From Negativicutes bacterium (GTDB taxonomy: Bacteria; Bacillota; Negativicutes; UBA1444): a DNA stretch of 64,000 nucleotides. Both the position numbers and the translations under genes were made by a program. Where the stretch lies: positions 224,001 through 288,000 of the forward strand of contig CAXXIN010000018.1 in the NCBI GenBank assembly GCA_963665275.2. The letters are read 5' to 3'. This document shows positions 29,249-39,121 of this stretch, one piece after another (position 1 is the first letter of the stretch; each line of letters opens with the position of its first letter). The notes under the pieces were generated by a model that was not told the origin of the DNA, searched no databases, and saw nothing but the letters and a program-made list of their open reading frames with translations.

Positions 29249-29645
29249 CCGCACAAATAGTGTTGAGTATTGCGGAAATTACTAATTGGCAGCGTTTCGG
29301 ACGGAATTTCCCCAATGATTTTTAAAAGCATAAGTCGACGAATTCGTGCGTTTTGTTTGCCTGGACTTCGGTTCAGGCTGATTTTTTATTTTCATGGGGC
29401 GCATATTCAATTCGAATTGACCTTACAAAAATTGTCCGGAAAAAGTGTTGGTAAGTCCAATAACGTTATCCGCGCTGCTGGTTGGATTGGGTGCCAGCAT
29501 GCGAGAAAATTTTCCCTGCGGGTTGCCGCCTTTGCCGGCTGGGTCAGGTAGGCATCTGAATTGCGTCGCTGTGCGCGGGCTCCAGCCCGGCTGCGCCGAT
29601 CTTCCCGCTCCGTGCTCGCGCCACCGTTGCAACAGTTTCCGATAA

Positions 29646-29835
29646 TTGACAAACGTTTTCCAACTCGATATACTGAAACAAAGTTATTATCGGACCGGAG
29701 GGAATGCCATGTTTCCAGCGTATTTGCCGAAAATAGAATTTTACCAGCCTTCGCCATAAATGGCGGAATGGATCGGGTCCAGTATCAGTGTTGATTTTTT
29801 GGAGCCGTGCGCTAGGTGCATGGCTCTATTTTTTT
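29646..29835 (+). promoter_or_regulatory. promoter, structured leader and intrinsic terminator upstream of the MFS (attenuator/riboswitch-like)
   Basis: TTGACA-17-TATACT, several hairpins, then gagccgtgcgc-tag-gtgcatggctc and a T run ending 14 nt before the ATG. Confidence 0.6.
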
Positions 29836-29848
29836 GCGGAGGTTTCTC

Positions 29849-31004
29849 ATGGAGCGTGATAAGACATTTTGGGGCCTGATTGGGGCGGTGTTTTTGATGA
29901 TGATTGGAGTGGGCATGATTGTGGCGCTATTGCCGCAGCGAGTGATTGAACTGGACGGGGCATAGCCGGTTTGTCGGGTATTTGGCCTCCGCAGTCGCGT
30001 TACCCTATATTGCGCTGCAGGTACCGATCGGATCGCTGGCCGACCGATTTGGCTTCAAACCGTTTCTGGTTGGGAGCTACGGGGTTTGTTTCGCAGCCGG
30101 ATTGTTATTTTATTTCTCAGATCGTTCTTTCATGCTGTTCTGGGGTCGCTTGCTCCAAGGCGTAGGGGAAGCGCCGGTATGGGCTTTGGCTCCGGCTTTG
30201 CTGACGTTGCGTTTTCCAAGCCGCAAGGGAAAAGTGATGGGGATTTACAACGCAACCATTCATTTGGGGTTGATGACAGGGTCGGCGGGCGGGATTGTAG
30301 TTGCAAAGATTTGGCAAAAAGGTGAGCCATTTCTGCTCTACGCGACCCTTTGCCTACTGGGGGCTGTGGTTCTGGGCATCGCATTGCCTGGGACAAAACC
30401 GGCGGCAGTGTCTGAAAGAGAGACTTGGACCTTGGCAAGACTGGGCGCATTGCTGCGGCAGGGAGGTGTCGCGGGAACTTTGGCAGGCATTGCATTATAT
30501 GGAGCAGGGTATGGGATTTTTCTTACGAATATTCCGGCTTATCTGTTGGAGGTAAAAACCGCATCGGCTACCATGGTCGGCATCTTTTTCGCCTTGTTTT
30601 ATTTGGCGGTCAGTGTTGCCCAGGTTGTAACGGGGCCTTTGACAGACAGGCTGGGTAGCCGGATTTTCATGGCCGGAGGGTTGGGGTTGGCAGCTCTGGG
30701 AATGAGTGCATCGCCGTTTTGCGATTTGGAAGGGTTACTTCTCGTATTGTCGATAGGAAGTTTGGGCTTGGGCGTATTTTGTATAGCTTCGATGACATTT
30801 TTGCAGGGTGCAGTACCGGATGCATTGAAAGGAACGACAGGCGGGGCTTATTATCTGTTCTGGGGGCTGGGTATGTTTGTCGGGCCGCCTCTGTTCACGA
30901 TGATGGCTCAAGGTCAGGGATATTTCTGGGCAATGCAAGCTTATGCCGGTTTGTTGGGCCTCGGCGCATTGGGGATTGTTGCCATGATTAAACGGAAAGG
31001 CTAG
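29849..31004 (+). CDS. MFS transporter (+1 frameshift in GGGG at ~29958)
   Basis: MERDKTFWGLIGAVFLMMIGVGMIVALLP joins the 29946 ORF. GSLADRFG and GRLLQGVG motifs. Confidence 0.85.
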
Positions 31005-31351
31005 CCATATTTCGAAGACGGTAATATGATTCAGCAGAAAAAAGACCGGCGAAAAAAGAAGATGAAAATTCACGAAAATAAACTGCTGCGACACAGGAGC
31101 GAGGGCCCTGATCCACAGCAGTTTGTTTTTTTGTCCTCTCATTTTAGGCGCTTTTGCTATTTTGGCAAGGGGAGAGCTGCTGCGCAGCCGGCCGCAATCA
31201 AAAGGATGGGAGGCTGCACAACATGGAAAAAGCGTTAAGCGTCTTTGAGAACCGGCGGAAGAGTGTCGAGGATATGCGGGAGTTGCTGAATGATCTGTGC
31301 TATAATCAGGCACCATCTCCAAGGGTTATTGGGATGTAAGGAGAAAATGAT

Positions 31352-31552
31352 ATGACCACTTTGTTAAGGTACTGTTTAAAGTTTGCTTTATATGTTGCTG
31401 GAATCGGTGCTGCTTTGGGTTATGTATTTCTAGTTTGCATTTTTGTAGAAAGCTTTACCAAGGATTCAGTGGTATTCATACTGAGCTTGGGGGCGATTTT
31501 GAGCGGTACTGCGTTTGGAATCAATAAATATTGGTTTTCAAAACAGGGATAA
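31352..31552 (+). CDS. small 2-TM membrane protein
   Basis: AGGAG RBS and two hydrophobic helices. Confidence 0.55.
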   Translation: MTTLLRYCLKFALYVAGIGAALGYVFLVCIFVESFTKDSVVFILSLGAILSGTAFGINKYWFSKQG

Positions 31553-31799
31553 GACAGGAGCCTTTCTTGCGTTTTCCGATAATTTGCCGACAAGAGACAA
31601 ATGAACCACATATGATACGTTTTAGCAGGTAATTAATTTGCTGGGGCTGATATCGTGTCGCCGCGGAAATAATAAAACCATAAAATATTTTATGGTATAA
31701 AAAAGGATACTATGGCACAAAAAAGTGCATACTTGTATTAAATATGCTTGATAGGTATTATTAAAACATGGATGCAAATAAATGGGGAGGGAGTAATGG

Positions 31800-32348
31800 A
31801 TGGCAAAACATATACTTGTGCTAACAGGCAGTCCCAGAAAAGGCGGCAATAGTGACAAGCTGGCGGATGCTTTTATTGCCGGGGCTCAACAGGCAGGACA
31901 CACGACTGTTAAATTTTCAACTGCAGAAAAAAACATCAAGGGTTGTATAGACTGTCAGACTTGTTTCACCAGAGGAAGCGCCTGCTCCATACCGGACGAT
32001 TTCGCTAGCCTGGCGCCACTGTTGGAACAGGCTGATATGATTGTGTTCGCGACGCCGTTGTACTGGTTCACTTTTCCGATGCAATTGAAAGCGACCATAG
32101 ACAAATTCTATTCTTTCATAATCGGCAAAAGACTGCTCGCGGTGAAAGAATGCGCATTGCTGGTTTGCGGTGGGGGGACGGAGGTGGCAGTTTTTGACGG
32201 CATTGTTAAATCCTATCAACTGATTGCCGAATTCTTGGGCTGGAAAGACAGCGGCGTGATCCTCGTGCCCGGGCTTCATGGCAAAGACGAAATTCTGGAG
32301 ACCGATGGATTGCAGCGGGCCGAACTGCTGGGAAAAAACTTGGTTTGA
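31800..32348 (+). CDS. iron-sulfur flavoprotein/NADPH-dependent FMN reductase family
   Basis: GSPRKGGNS, CIDCQTC...CSIPDD and ATPLYW. Confidence 0.9.
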   Translation: MAKHILVLTGSPRKGGNSDKLADAFIAGAQQAGHTTVKFSTAEKNIKGCIDCQTCFTRGSACSIPDDFASLAPLLEQADMIVFATPLYWFTFPMQLKATIDKFYSFIIGKRLLAVKECALLVCGGGTEVAVFDGIVKSYQLIAEFLGWKDSGVILVPGLHGKDEILETDGLQRAELLGKNLV

Positions 32349-32657
32349 TCGGTTGCGAAAAAATGTAAGAAAACTGCCGCGGGACTAGAGCGATGGCTCG
32401 TGCCGCAGGCAGTTTTTTTTGCCCATTTATTTTAGCCGCTTGCTATTGTGACGAGGGGAGAGCGGGGAGAAAAGGGACGAATTTTGCGGCAAGGTGGCGA
32501 AAAAACGGGCTCATAGAAGGCGCTCTACGGCCCGAAAAATCTTTGCGAAGGGTATTCTGCCGGGCTGTTTTACTCGCCTTTCGGCCATTTTTCGTCACCG
32601 AAAAAAGTTCACAATTTGTTCACTTTACACGTCCAGTTTCATCGGCCATATTAATCA

Positions 32658-32677
32658 TACAGAACAAACGCTCTGTA
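32658..32677 (+). promoter_or_regulatory. putative Firmicute LexA (SOS) box
   Basis: tacaGAAC-aaac-GCTCtgta (consensus GAAC-N4-GTTC, 1 mismatch) just upstream of the dinB remnant. Confidence 0.6.
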
Positions 32678-32701
32678 AAAAGATAAGCCGGTGAAGACGT
32701 A

Positions 32702-32842
32702 ATGCGCACGATTTTGCACTGTGATCTCAATAGTTTTTATGCCAGTGTCGAGTGTCTGTATTACCTGGAACTGCGGGGAAAGCCGACGGGATTTAATCCG
32801 AAGGATGATCACGTGATTCATCCCGTATCTTATTTTGGGTGA
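32702..32842 (+). pseudogene. dinB: Y-family DNA polymerase (DinB) with a large in-frame internal deletion
   Basis: The N-terminus MRTILHCDLNSFYASVECLYYLELRGKP is fused to a C-terminus-like TGFNPKDDHVIHPVSYFG*. Confidence 0.85.
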
Positions 32843-33875
32843 GGTGAAAGCTTTGCCGGGATCAAAACAGATACGTGGCTTTCAGCCGAAACGCCCAAGA
32901 GTCCCAGCGAACTTCATTCAACCGAATTTGAACATTCGTGCCGTTCGCAAAATTCACCTGATCGGTTCCCGGGAAAGTGGTGTAGTTGGTATAGTCGACG
33001 GCAGCACCCAAAATCCAGCGAGGCCCGGTTACATAGTCGATCCCGAGCGAGGCGACGATTCCTTGGGCGCTGGCCCAGTGGTTATTCGTAACAGGCTGAG
33101 CGAGATCGGGTCGCGAACGCCAGTAGCATTCCCCGTCATAATCCGGCAGATGGTATTCCAGGCGCGTTGTCAGATGAAGGCGTTTGTTCAGGTTCTGCTC
33201 ATGCACGACGCCTGCCCAGGGACCCCGCCAAAGTGCCTTATAGGAGGCGGAGACGCCGGGAAACGGACCGAGTTGGGGGATGGTTTGAAGATAGTTGGTC
33301 ACGTTCAGGTACTGACGGTTGAGCGCATAGCCAGCCTGCAAACTGGTTTTCGCCTTTTTTGAATCCTGTAGCTTCCAGCCTAGTGACAGGGATGCGTCAA
33401 ACATGTCTCCGCCGCTGCCGTTGCTGTTGGACCGGGAATATTCCTGCGTGCGGTTGTCTCCGTCCGTAATCGGAATCCTGAGTGGTTCCGGAGTAGGTGT
33501 ACCCATAGCTGCCTGTAGCTTCTAGAAAATATCGCGGTCCTAGGTCGTGCTTCAGTACCGCCTTGATGCCCTGCGTCCGCAAGTTTTCCCACTTCAGCTC
33601 GGATAGGACATTAGGGAAATTGTCTAGTCCGGCTTTGTTCCAGATCAGGTTATCCTGGCGATAGAAGGGGAAAATGTCCAGTTGTGTTGCGGCGGCGGCT
33701 GTTTGGAGGTTGGAAGTTCCGCTAAAAAGCAGCAGAAAAAATAGGACCATGCGAAAGGAACGGATCGGTTTCAATGATTCAACCACCTTTGTATAAGCTC
33801 TGTTACAGCATTATATTGCAAAATGAGGAGATCGACTAGGAATCAAAATCTTTTATGATTTGGGTGAGGTGAAAG
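32834..33875. repeat. 17-bp direct repeat TTTGGGTGAGGTGAAAG (32834-32850 and 33859-33875) flanking the omptin-like gene
   Basis: Exact match read from the sequence. Confidence 0.9.
32862..33786 (-). CDS. omptin-like outer-membrane beta-barrel protein (+1 frameshift at ~33465)
   Basis: Signal peptide, NVLSELKW, QDSDY|DGDNRTQEYSRS, alternating beta-strands and a C-terminal Phe. Confidence 0.6.
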
Positions 33876-33878
33876 AGG

Positions 33879-34109
33879 ATGGGAAAAACTTTCGTGAAGG
33901 TGACGGCGGAACATGATGTGGACGGGAAGACGAAGCCGCTGGCGATGGTATGGACGGACGGAAAGAAATATGAGATCGACCGGGTGGCGGACGTGAGGCA
34001 GGCACCGTCGTTACGTGGGGACGGGCTGGGGATAAGGTATACGGTGAAGATACGGGGGAAAGAAGTGTATTTGTTTGAGGACGAGGGCCGGTGGTTCTTG
34101 GAGGGATAG
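33879..34109 (+). CDS. small conserved protein typically found downstream of dinB in Firmicute mutagenesis cassettes
   Basis: VKVTAEHDVDG..P....W.DG..YEIDRV...G.G.RYTVKI.GKE.YLF.....WF.E pattern. Confidence 0.75.
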   Translation: MGKTFVKVTAEHDVDGKTKPLAMVWTDGKKYEIDRVADVRQAPSLRGDGLGIRYTVKIRGKEVYLFEDEGRWFLEG

Positions 34110-34875
34110 TGTATATTTAAGGCTTGTTACACTATTCGATGGTGCTAAATCTTTCAGATTGCAGGTCTCGAGGCATAAAATGATGTTTGGGGCCTTTTTT
34201 GATTTATGGCAGGTATTTACATATCGATAGAGAACAAAACCTATAAGAAGAATCTTGTGAGGTAATACTGCAGTCGTGGGGGTTATTAAACTGATGGGGC
34301 AAATATCGCATTTAAGTGTGCATATAACAATGGTGGTAAGGGGATTTACGTTGGATTTGATGGCGCATGCTCTGACGAGATAATCTAGTGGAATATTGAA
34401 AATGGTCTTACATGGAGTCGTAATCTAGGTTGTGAGTGTATGCAATACTATGAAAAAGGATTTCCCATTACATCTAACAAAGTAAAATCATTTTTAATTG
34501 CATGGGCTATTCCCAAGGCTGTGGAGAAATTATGCGACCAGTATATGATTGCTCCCAAGGCAATTAAGTTTTGATATTTTGTTCTGACTTGAAGTATTGT
34601 GTGAGCTTCGTGGTTTTTTTGTTGGCTTTCTTAGTTTGTAAATTTTGCGTTTATCTTCATGGGCAAATGATTGAGTGTAGGCGGCGATGAAGCTTCGTAT
34701 AGTTGTCTATCGGGCATGGAAACGCTTTAATTAATATTATGGCGGGTGGGTTGTCCGGATATTTAATTGCGGGACGTGAGAACGCATTATTATAGTAAAA
34801 CCCATTTGGGCAAGAAGTTATTGGCCGGGCGAGAATAAATGAATTAAGGACATATAAAGCACCCGGGGAAGTGAA

Positions 34876-37800
34876 TTGTATATGCTGGCAATGAACATTC
34901 AAAGTGAAGAAGACGTAAAAATTAAAATAGTAATACCCTATCTTTTAGATCTTGGATTTATCAGCGAAGAGCTTGAGCTTGAAACTAATTTTCATCTCAA
35001 ATTTGGAAAAAGCGTTATTCCAATTGGGGCTAAGAAACCTAAAACAGAGGCGAATGCACGATTGGATATTTTAGTAAAATATCAAGGAACAAATATTTGT
35101 GTTTTTGAGGTTAAGCGGGATTCTGTCGTAATATCTGCTGATGATATTGCACAGGCGGTATCTTATGGTAGCTTAGTGAAACCGACAGTGCCTTTTTGTA
35201 TTGTAACTAACGGGGAAAACAGTGTTATTGTAGATACGATTAGTGGGATACCATTTGATGGCAAAGACATCGAAAAATACAAAGTAAATGGGTATAAGGT
35301 GGTTCTGCCGGAAGAAGTATACTATGAACGCATAAAACACTTTCTTGGTTATTCCAAGGAAAACTTACTGAAGTTTTGCGAAATGCAAGTGTCTCAATAT
35401 ATTAAGCCGCTAAAAGGCTCTAAAGAGAAGAAAAACAATAAATACATTCCCGAAATATATGAACCCTCAGAAATCATAACAGACGCGGTGAACGATTTTT
35501 TGGGAAACGATTCTTCTTCATCTTTTGTATTAGTTGCTAAGTCAGGAATGGGCAAAACTTGCTGGGCATGTAGCACTGCGGAGAAGCTTTTGGATATGGG
35601 GATCCCGATCCTGTTTTACCCCTCAAAAGATGTGAAGGACGGAATATTTGAAGCAATTATTGAGGATTTAAACTGGGAACTATCGCCACAACTGGACGTA
35701 GTACAGGGAATGAGACGTTTTTTTGACATTTTTAACGACGCTACTGTTTGCATCGTTCTTGATGGGTTGGACGAGCTTGGAGTAGATTTGGCTTATGAAT
35801 TAACAGAAAAATTTTTACGACGTATTGAGAATCGGAATGTAAAATTGCTTACTACATGTAAAACTGAAATTTGGCCAGATTTGCAAATGATTGATGGTAC
35901 TCCTTCTAGATTGGCGGAGGTGGCATTTAAAAGAGGAATTTCGATTGATGTAATAGATGACGTCCAGTTTTTTAAGCTAATAGAAAAATATAGACAATTC
36001 TATCATTTCAACGGAATTTTTCAGCAAGAAGTGATAGAAGATTGTAAAAGGAATTTGTTTTTATTACGGATAATGTTTGAAGTTGCCGAAGAGGAGAACT
36101 TTCAACACTTATCATATTCATCGGCTGTTTTTTTTCAAAAATATTACAAGCGAGTTATTTCAAAGAATTTTGAGAAAGCGCAACAAGAAAGCACACAAAA
36201 CATTCTTTGCCAGTTGGCTAAATTGCTGTTCGAAAAAAACTGCGATTATGTTGATATGCAAGATGTGCGGAAATATCTCGGATTAAATGCGTTAGAGTCA
36301 TTGCCGGAAAAGCTTTTCCTCATAAATGTTTTGGACCGACGAAGCGGTGCTCATTTTGATGAAGTCGGATTCTATTTCCAGAGATTTCGTGATTATATTA
36401 CAGCGTTTTATGTATGTAAGTGGCAAAACGTATCGCCTGAACAATTCAAGGAACAAGTTTTTAAGAGTTTTTTGTTTACAGGCGTGCGCTTAAACGTATT
36501 GGAATTATATTACACACTTGCTGACGAGTGCCATAAGAGGGTTCTGGATAATATGTTATATGACAAGGCACTTGGATACGTAGAATTCTATGAAAACCTT
36601 CTTAACACTTTTCTTTTACCACTTAAGGAAGAATTTAAACCGTACACATGTGACGAAATTGGGATAGTTGGATACTTCGATATTATCGGAAAGAATATGC
36701 TGATGCATGGATTCCGTAGCATTTCGAAGTCAGATCCCAAAGTGATCTTAATTCCAGCAAGTGGTCGAGATTGGCAGAACCATGATGACAGAGCTAGTGA
36801 GTTAGGAGCTAACGCTGGGCTTCACATGGCATTTCCATCATGCTTTACACAGAACATGAACATCGCAAAGTGTGTGATTAAAGATGAAATTATTGACCAA
36901 ATTAAGATGATCATCGCACGCGGCAATTTGGACGAAACACAGTCAATCACTTTATTGAGCGAGAAGCTGTTTGCAATTGGCTGCATAGATTATCCTAATT
37001 TTGTTGGTGCTGATCCAAAGTTTAATGGAGTGACAATTAAAGGCTTTGCATTGGGAAAATTAAAGGAAGGGGTATTGGTTAAGCGTGCTCATCGTTTTCT
37101 TAAACATGAGCTTGTTGAAAGGAAAATCAATACGGGCGAAATTCCCGTTCATTATAGCAAAGGCACTGCGACCTATTCGGAAACATTATCGAGTTTAGAG
37201 AAAGATGAATTATGCCGACAAGCAATTCAAATCGGAAAGGCAGGAAAGTTTTATTCTTCGTCGATAATCTTCGCAGCAGAAGAAAAATTTGAACAACAAG
37301 TATTGGATGAGATTAAAATATTCGAGCAGGCAGGAATTGCGGAAATACTGGATCCGCTGGTAACACGCAGGGAAGACCCAATGAAGTTTCATGAGATGTA
37401 TTGGGGACATAAATCTGATGAGGAATATGCAAAGAAATTCTTGTGTGAGTTGTTAGAGATAGCTTACAAGGAATATAAAGGGTTGATTGACAGGAACTTT
37501 CCGTTGATGCGCAATAGTTTCAAGCTTATTGACGAAAAACCGGTCAAAATGTTTGTTTCTTTTATTCCGCGGGATAGAGGCTTAATATATAAATTGTTGG
37601 TTGCACATCCTATAATAGAGGAAGCAAATTGTGATTTTTCAGTAGAAGCCAGGGAAGAAATTTTAAAACAAAATTGGGATAGTCGTGACGAATTTGTAGA
37701 AATCGCAGAGAAAAAATATAAAATTTTGTATTGTAAATCTGGATTGCTCTCCAATTTTTTGATGACGTCAACAAACTTTCATACATTTAAGAGTACGGAA

Positions 37801-37917
37801 TATTTAACTGTAATTAGAAATTTAGTATATAAGCTGATTTCGGAAAATATTGATTCACTCATTGGCGGTTTAGCAGAACAATTCGGTGTAACCTTGAATA
37901 AAACAGAAGGGTTGTGA
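34876..37917 (+). CDS. HsdR-N-like PD-(D/E)xK nuclease fused to a NACHT/STAND ATPase and an unknown C-terminal region (Avs/bNACHT-like candidate)
   Basis: Nuclease motifs SEEDVK..IVIPYL..LGF, RLDILV, FEVKR, AQAVSY and IVTNG. Walker A AKSGMGKT, Walker B IVLDGLDE and WHD-like FYFQRFRDYITA. AT-rich. Confidence 0.8.
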   Translation: MYMLAMNIQSEEDVKIKIVIPYLLDLGFISEELELETNFHLKFGKSVIPIGAKKPKTEANARLDILVKYQGTNICVFEVKRDSVVISADDIAQAVSYGSLVKPTVPFCIVTNGENSVIVDTISGIPFDGKDIEKYKVNGYKVVLPEEVYYERIKHFLGYSKENLLKFCEMQVSQYIKPLKGSKEKKNNKYIPEIYEPSEIITDAVNDFLGNDSSSSFVLVAKSGMGKTCWACSTAEKLLDMGIPILFYPSKDVKDGIFEAIIEDLNWELSPQLDVVQGMRRFFDIFNDATVCIVLDGLDELGVDLAYELTEKFLRRIENRNVKLLTTCKTEIWPDLQMIDGTPSRLAEVAFKRGISIDVIDDVQFFKLIEKYRQFYHFNGIFQQEVIEDCKRNLFLLRIMFEVAEEENFQHLSYSSAVFFQKYYKRVISKNFEKAQQESTQNILCQLAKLLFEKNCDYVDMQDVRKYLGLNALESLPEKLFLINVLDRRSGAHFDEVGFYFQRFRDYITAFYVCKWQNVSPEQFKEQVFKSFLFTGVRLNVLELYYTLADECHKRVLDNMLYDKALGYVEFYENLLNTFLLPLKEEFKPYTCDEIGIVGYFDIIGKNMLMHGFRSISKSDPKVILIPASGRDWQNHDDRASELGANAGLHMAFPSCFTQNMNIAKCVIKDEIIDQIKMIIARGNLDETQSITLLSEKLFAIGCIDYPNFVGADPKFNGVTIKGFALGKLKEGVLVKRAHRFLKHELVERKINTGEIPVHYSKGTATYSETLSSLEKDELCRQAIQIGKAGKFYSSSIIFAAEEKFEQQVLDEIKIFEQAGIAEILDPLVTRREDPMKFHEMYWGHKSDEEYAKKFLCELLEIAYKEYKGLIDRNFPLMRNSFKLIDEKPVKMFVSFIPRDRGLIYKLLVAHPIIEEANCDFSVEAREEILKQNWDSRDEFVEIAEKKYKILYCKSGLLSNFLMTSTNFHTFKSTEYLTVIRNLVYKLISENIDSLIGGLAEQFGVTLNKTEGL

Positions 37918-38137
37918 GATTTGCTGCACCTTAAGTCAAATCAGCGCTTTTCGGCATGGTGTTTAACTTTGTGAATATTGCCCCCAAACCCCTTGAAGAA
38001 ACTCAAAATCTGCCGACATTAATTGACATGCCTATAATGAATTCCCGAAGGAAATTACAAAAAATGCCGGGATGAATTTGCCCAAGGTCGCGACGATTCC
38101 GAAAAACCTTCCTAGGCCATATCCATCCCGACAACTT

Positions 38138-38190
38138 TTGACTACCGGCTTGACTACTTTTTTGTGACAGACGATTTTTAGCGGTAGTCA
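38138..38190. repeat. TTGACTAC twice direct (38138, 38150) plus inverted GTAGTCA (38184); likely integrase arm-type sites
   Basis: 12-bp period, ~110-165 bp upstream of attR. Confidence 0.6.
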
Positions 38191-38303
38191 GATAATACAG
38201 TTAAACTTGTCAGAAAGCTTGATAAATGAGGGTGTTGACCAACTGTTGGAGGAACTACGCAGGCTGCCGGTTTTCTGCCGGGAAAAGACCCAGATATCTT
38301 TGG

Positions 38304-38345
38304 CATCGAAGAGGTCTGCGGTTCGAGTCCGCCTAATCCCACCAA
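38304..38345 (+). repeat. attR: duplicated 3' half of tRNA-Val
   Basis: catcgaagaggtctgcggttcgagtccgcctaaTcccaccaa vs 5641-5682, 41/42 identical. Confidence 0.95.
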
Positions 38346-38407
38346 TTAAATTCAAACCCTCCGGCGTTTTGTTCGGAGAATTTTTTGTATAGGTAGGAGT
38401 GGTCGCA

Positions 38408-38989
38408 ATGAGAACATTGTTGTTTTTGCTAAAGGGATTCGAAACGATGGAATTTAGTGTTTTTGTTGATGTCATGGGTTGGGCGAGAAATGATTTTGGG
38501 TATGATGTGCCAGTTGTCACATGTGGTTTTCAAAAAATAGTTATCAGTACCTTTGGCATTCCAGTCTTGGTTGAAAAAATAATTGATGAAATTATTGTCG
38601 ATGATTATGATGCTTTAACGATCCCCGGCGGATTTGAGGAATATGGATTCTACGACGAAGCCTATGATGAAAAATTTTTAAATTTAATTCGCGAGTTCGA
38701 TAATAAGGGTAAAATCATCGCTTCGATTTGCGTTGGTGCGTTACCGGTTGGAAAAAGTGGAGTGCTAAAAGGAAGGAAAGCCACGACATATCATTTGAAC
38801 GAAGCACATCGACAGAAGCAGTTGAAAGAATTTGATGTAGATGTGGTAAATGAACCTATCGTAGTGGATAAGAATATTATTACCTCATATTGTCCTGAAA
38901 CATCTCCAGGTGTTGCGTTTAAATTATTGGAAATGCTAACATCAACAAACCAAATGGAACTTGTAAAACATTCAATGGGTTTTAAATAA
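38408..38989 (+). CDS. DJ-1/PfpI family protein
   Basis: KGFETME, YDALTIPGG, ASICVGA and GRKATTY. Confidence 0.9.
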   Translation: MRTLLFLLKGFETMEFSVFVDVMGWARNDFGYDVPVVTCGFQKIVISTFGIPVLVEKIIDEIIVDDYDALTIPGGFEEYGFYDEAYDEKFLNLIREFDNKGKIIASICVGALPVGKSGVLKGRKATTYHLNEAHRQKQLKEFDVDVVNEPIVVDKNIITSYCPETSPGVAFKLLEMLTSTNQMELVKHSMGFK

Positions 38990-39056
38990 ACTTGTTCCTT
39001 CACACTTGACGATATTGAAGTTAAATAATATGGAATAGTATTAGAAAATAATGCTA

Positions 39057-39090
39057 AGAGGCACCTCGGACGAAAATCTGAGGTGCCTTA
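39057..39090. terminator. hairpin between convergent genes
   Basis: aggcacctcgga-cgaaaa-tctgaggtgcct. Confidence 0.6.
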
Positions 39091-39121
39091 GTTAAAGATG
39101 AAAGCGGCAAAGCAAAAGCTG

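Larger units (their letters stand above)
5682..38345. mobile_element. ~32.7 kb genomic island integrated in tRNA-Val; no integrase seen
   Basis: Bounded by a 42-bp direct repeat of the tRNA 3' half (5641-5682 vs 38304-38345, 1 mismatch). Arm-type repeats at both ends. Cargo includes dinB debris and a defence-like gene. Confidence 0.85.

Noticed and set aside
29420-29640. GC-rich minus-strand stretch beginning GGAAGATCG and containing GCAGCCGGGCTG, reminiscent of selC or a NiCo riboswitch
   Set aside because: No TCA anticodon loop, T-arm or CCA, and it lacks the NiCo 3' GTGGGACAGT element. More likely decayed coding DNA.
32835-33362. 175-aa plus-strand ORF
   Set aside because: Antisense shadow of the omptin-like gene.
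34110-34875. Long non-coding region before the nuclease-NACHT gene as a possible ncRNA/retron/array component
   Set aside because: No repeats, long inverted repeats or RT gene seen. It looks like AT-rich decayed sequence, though an RNA cannot be excluded without covariation analysis.
34876-37917. Type I restriction subunit HsdR
   Set aside because: Only the nuclease domain is HsdR-like. There are no DEAH/SF2 helicase motifs and no hsdM/hsdS; the ATPase is STAND-type.
38304-38345. Second tRNA gene
   Set aside because: Only the 3' half is present; it is the attR duplication.
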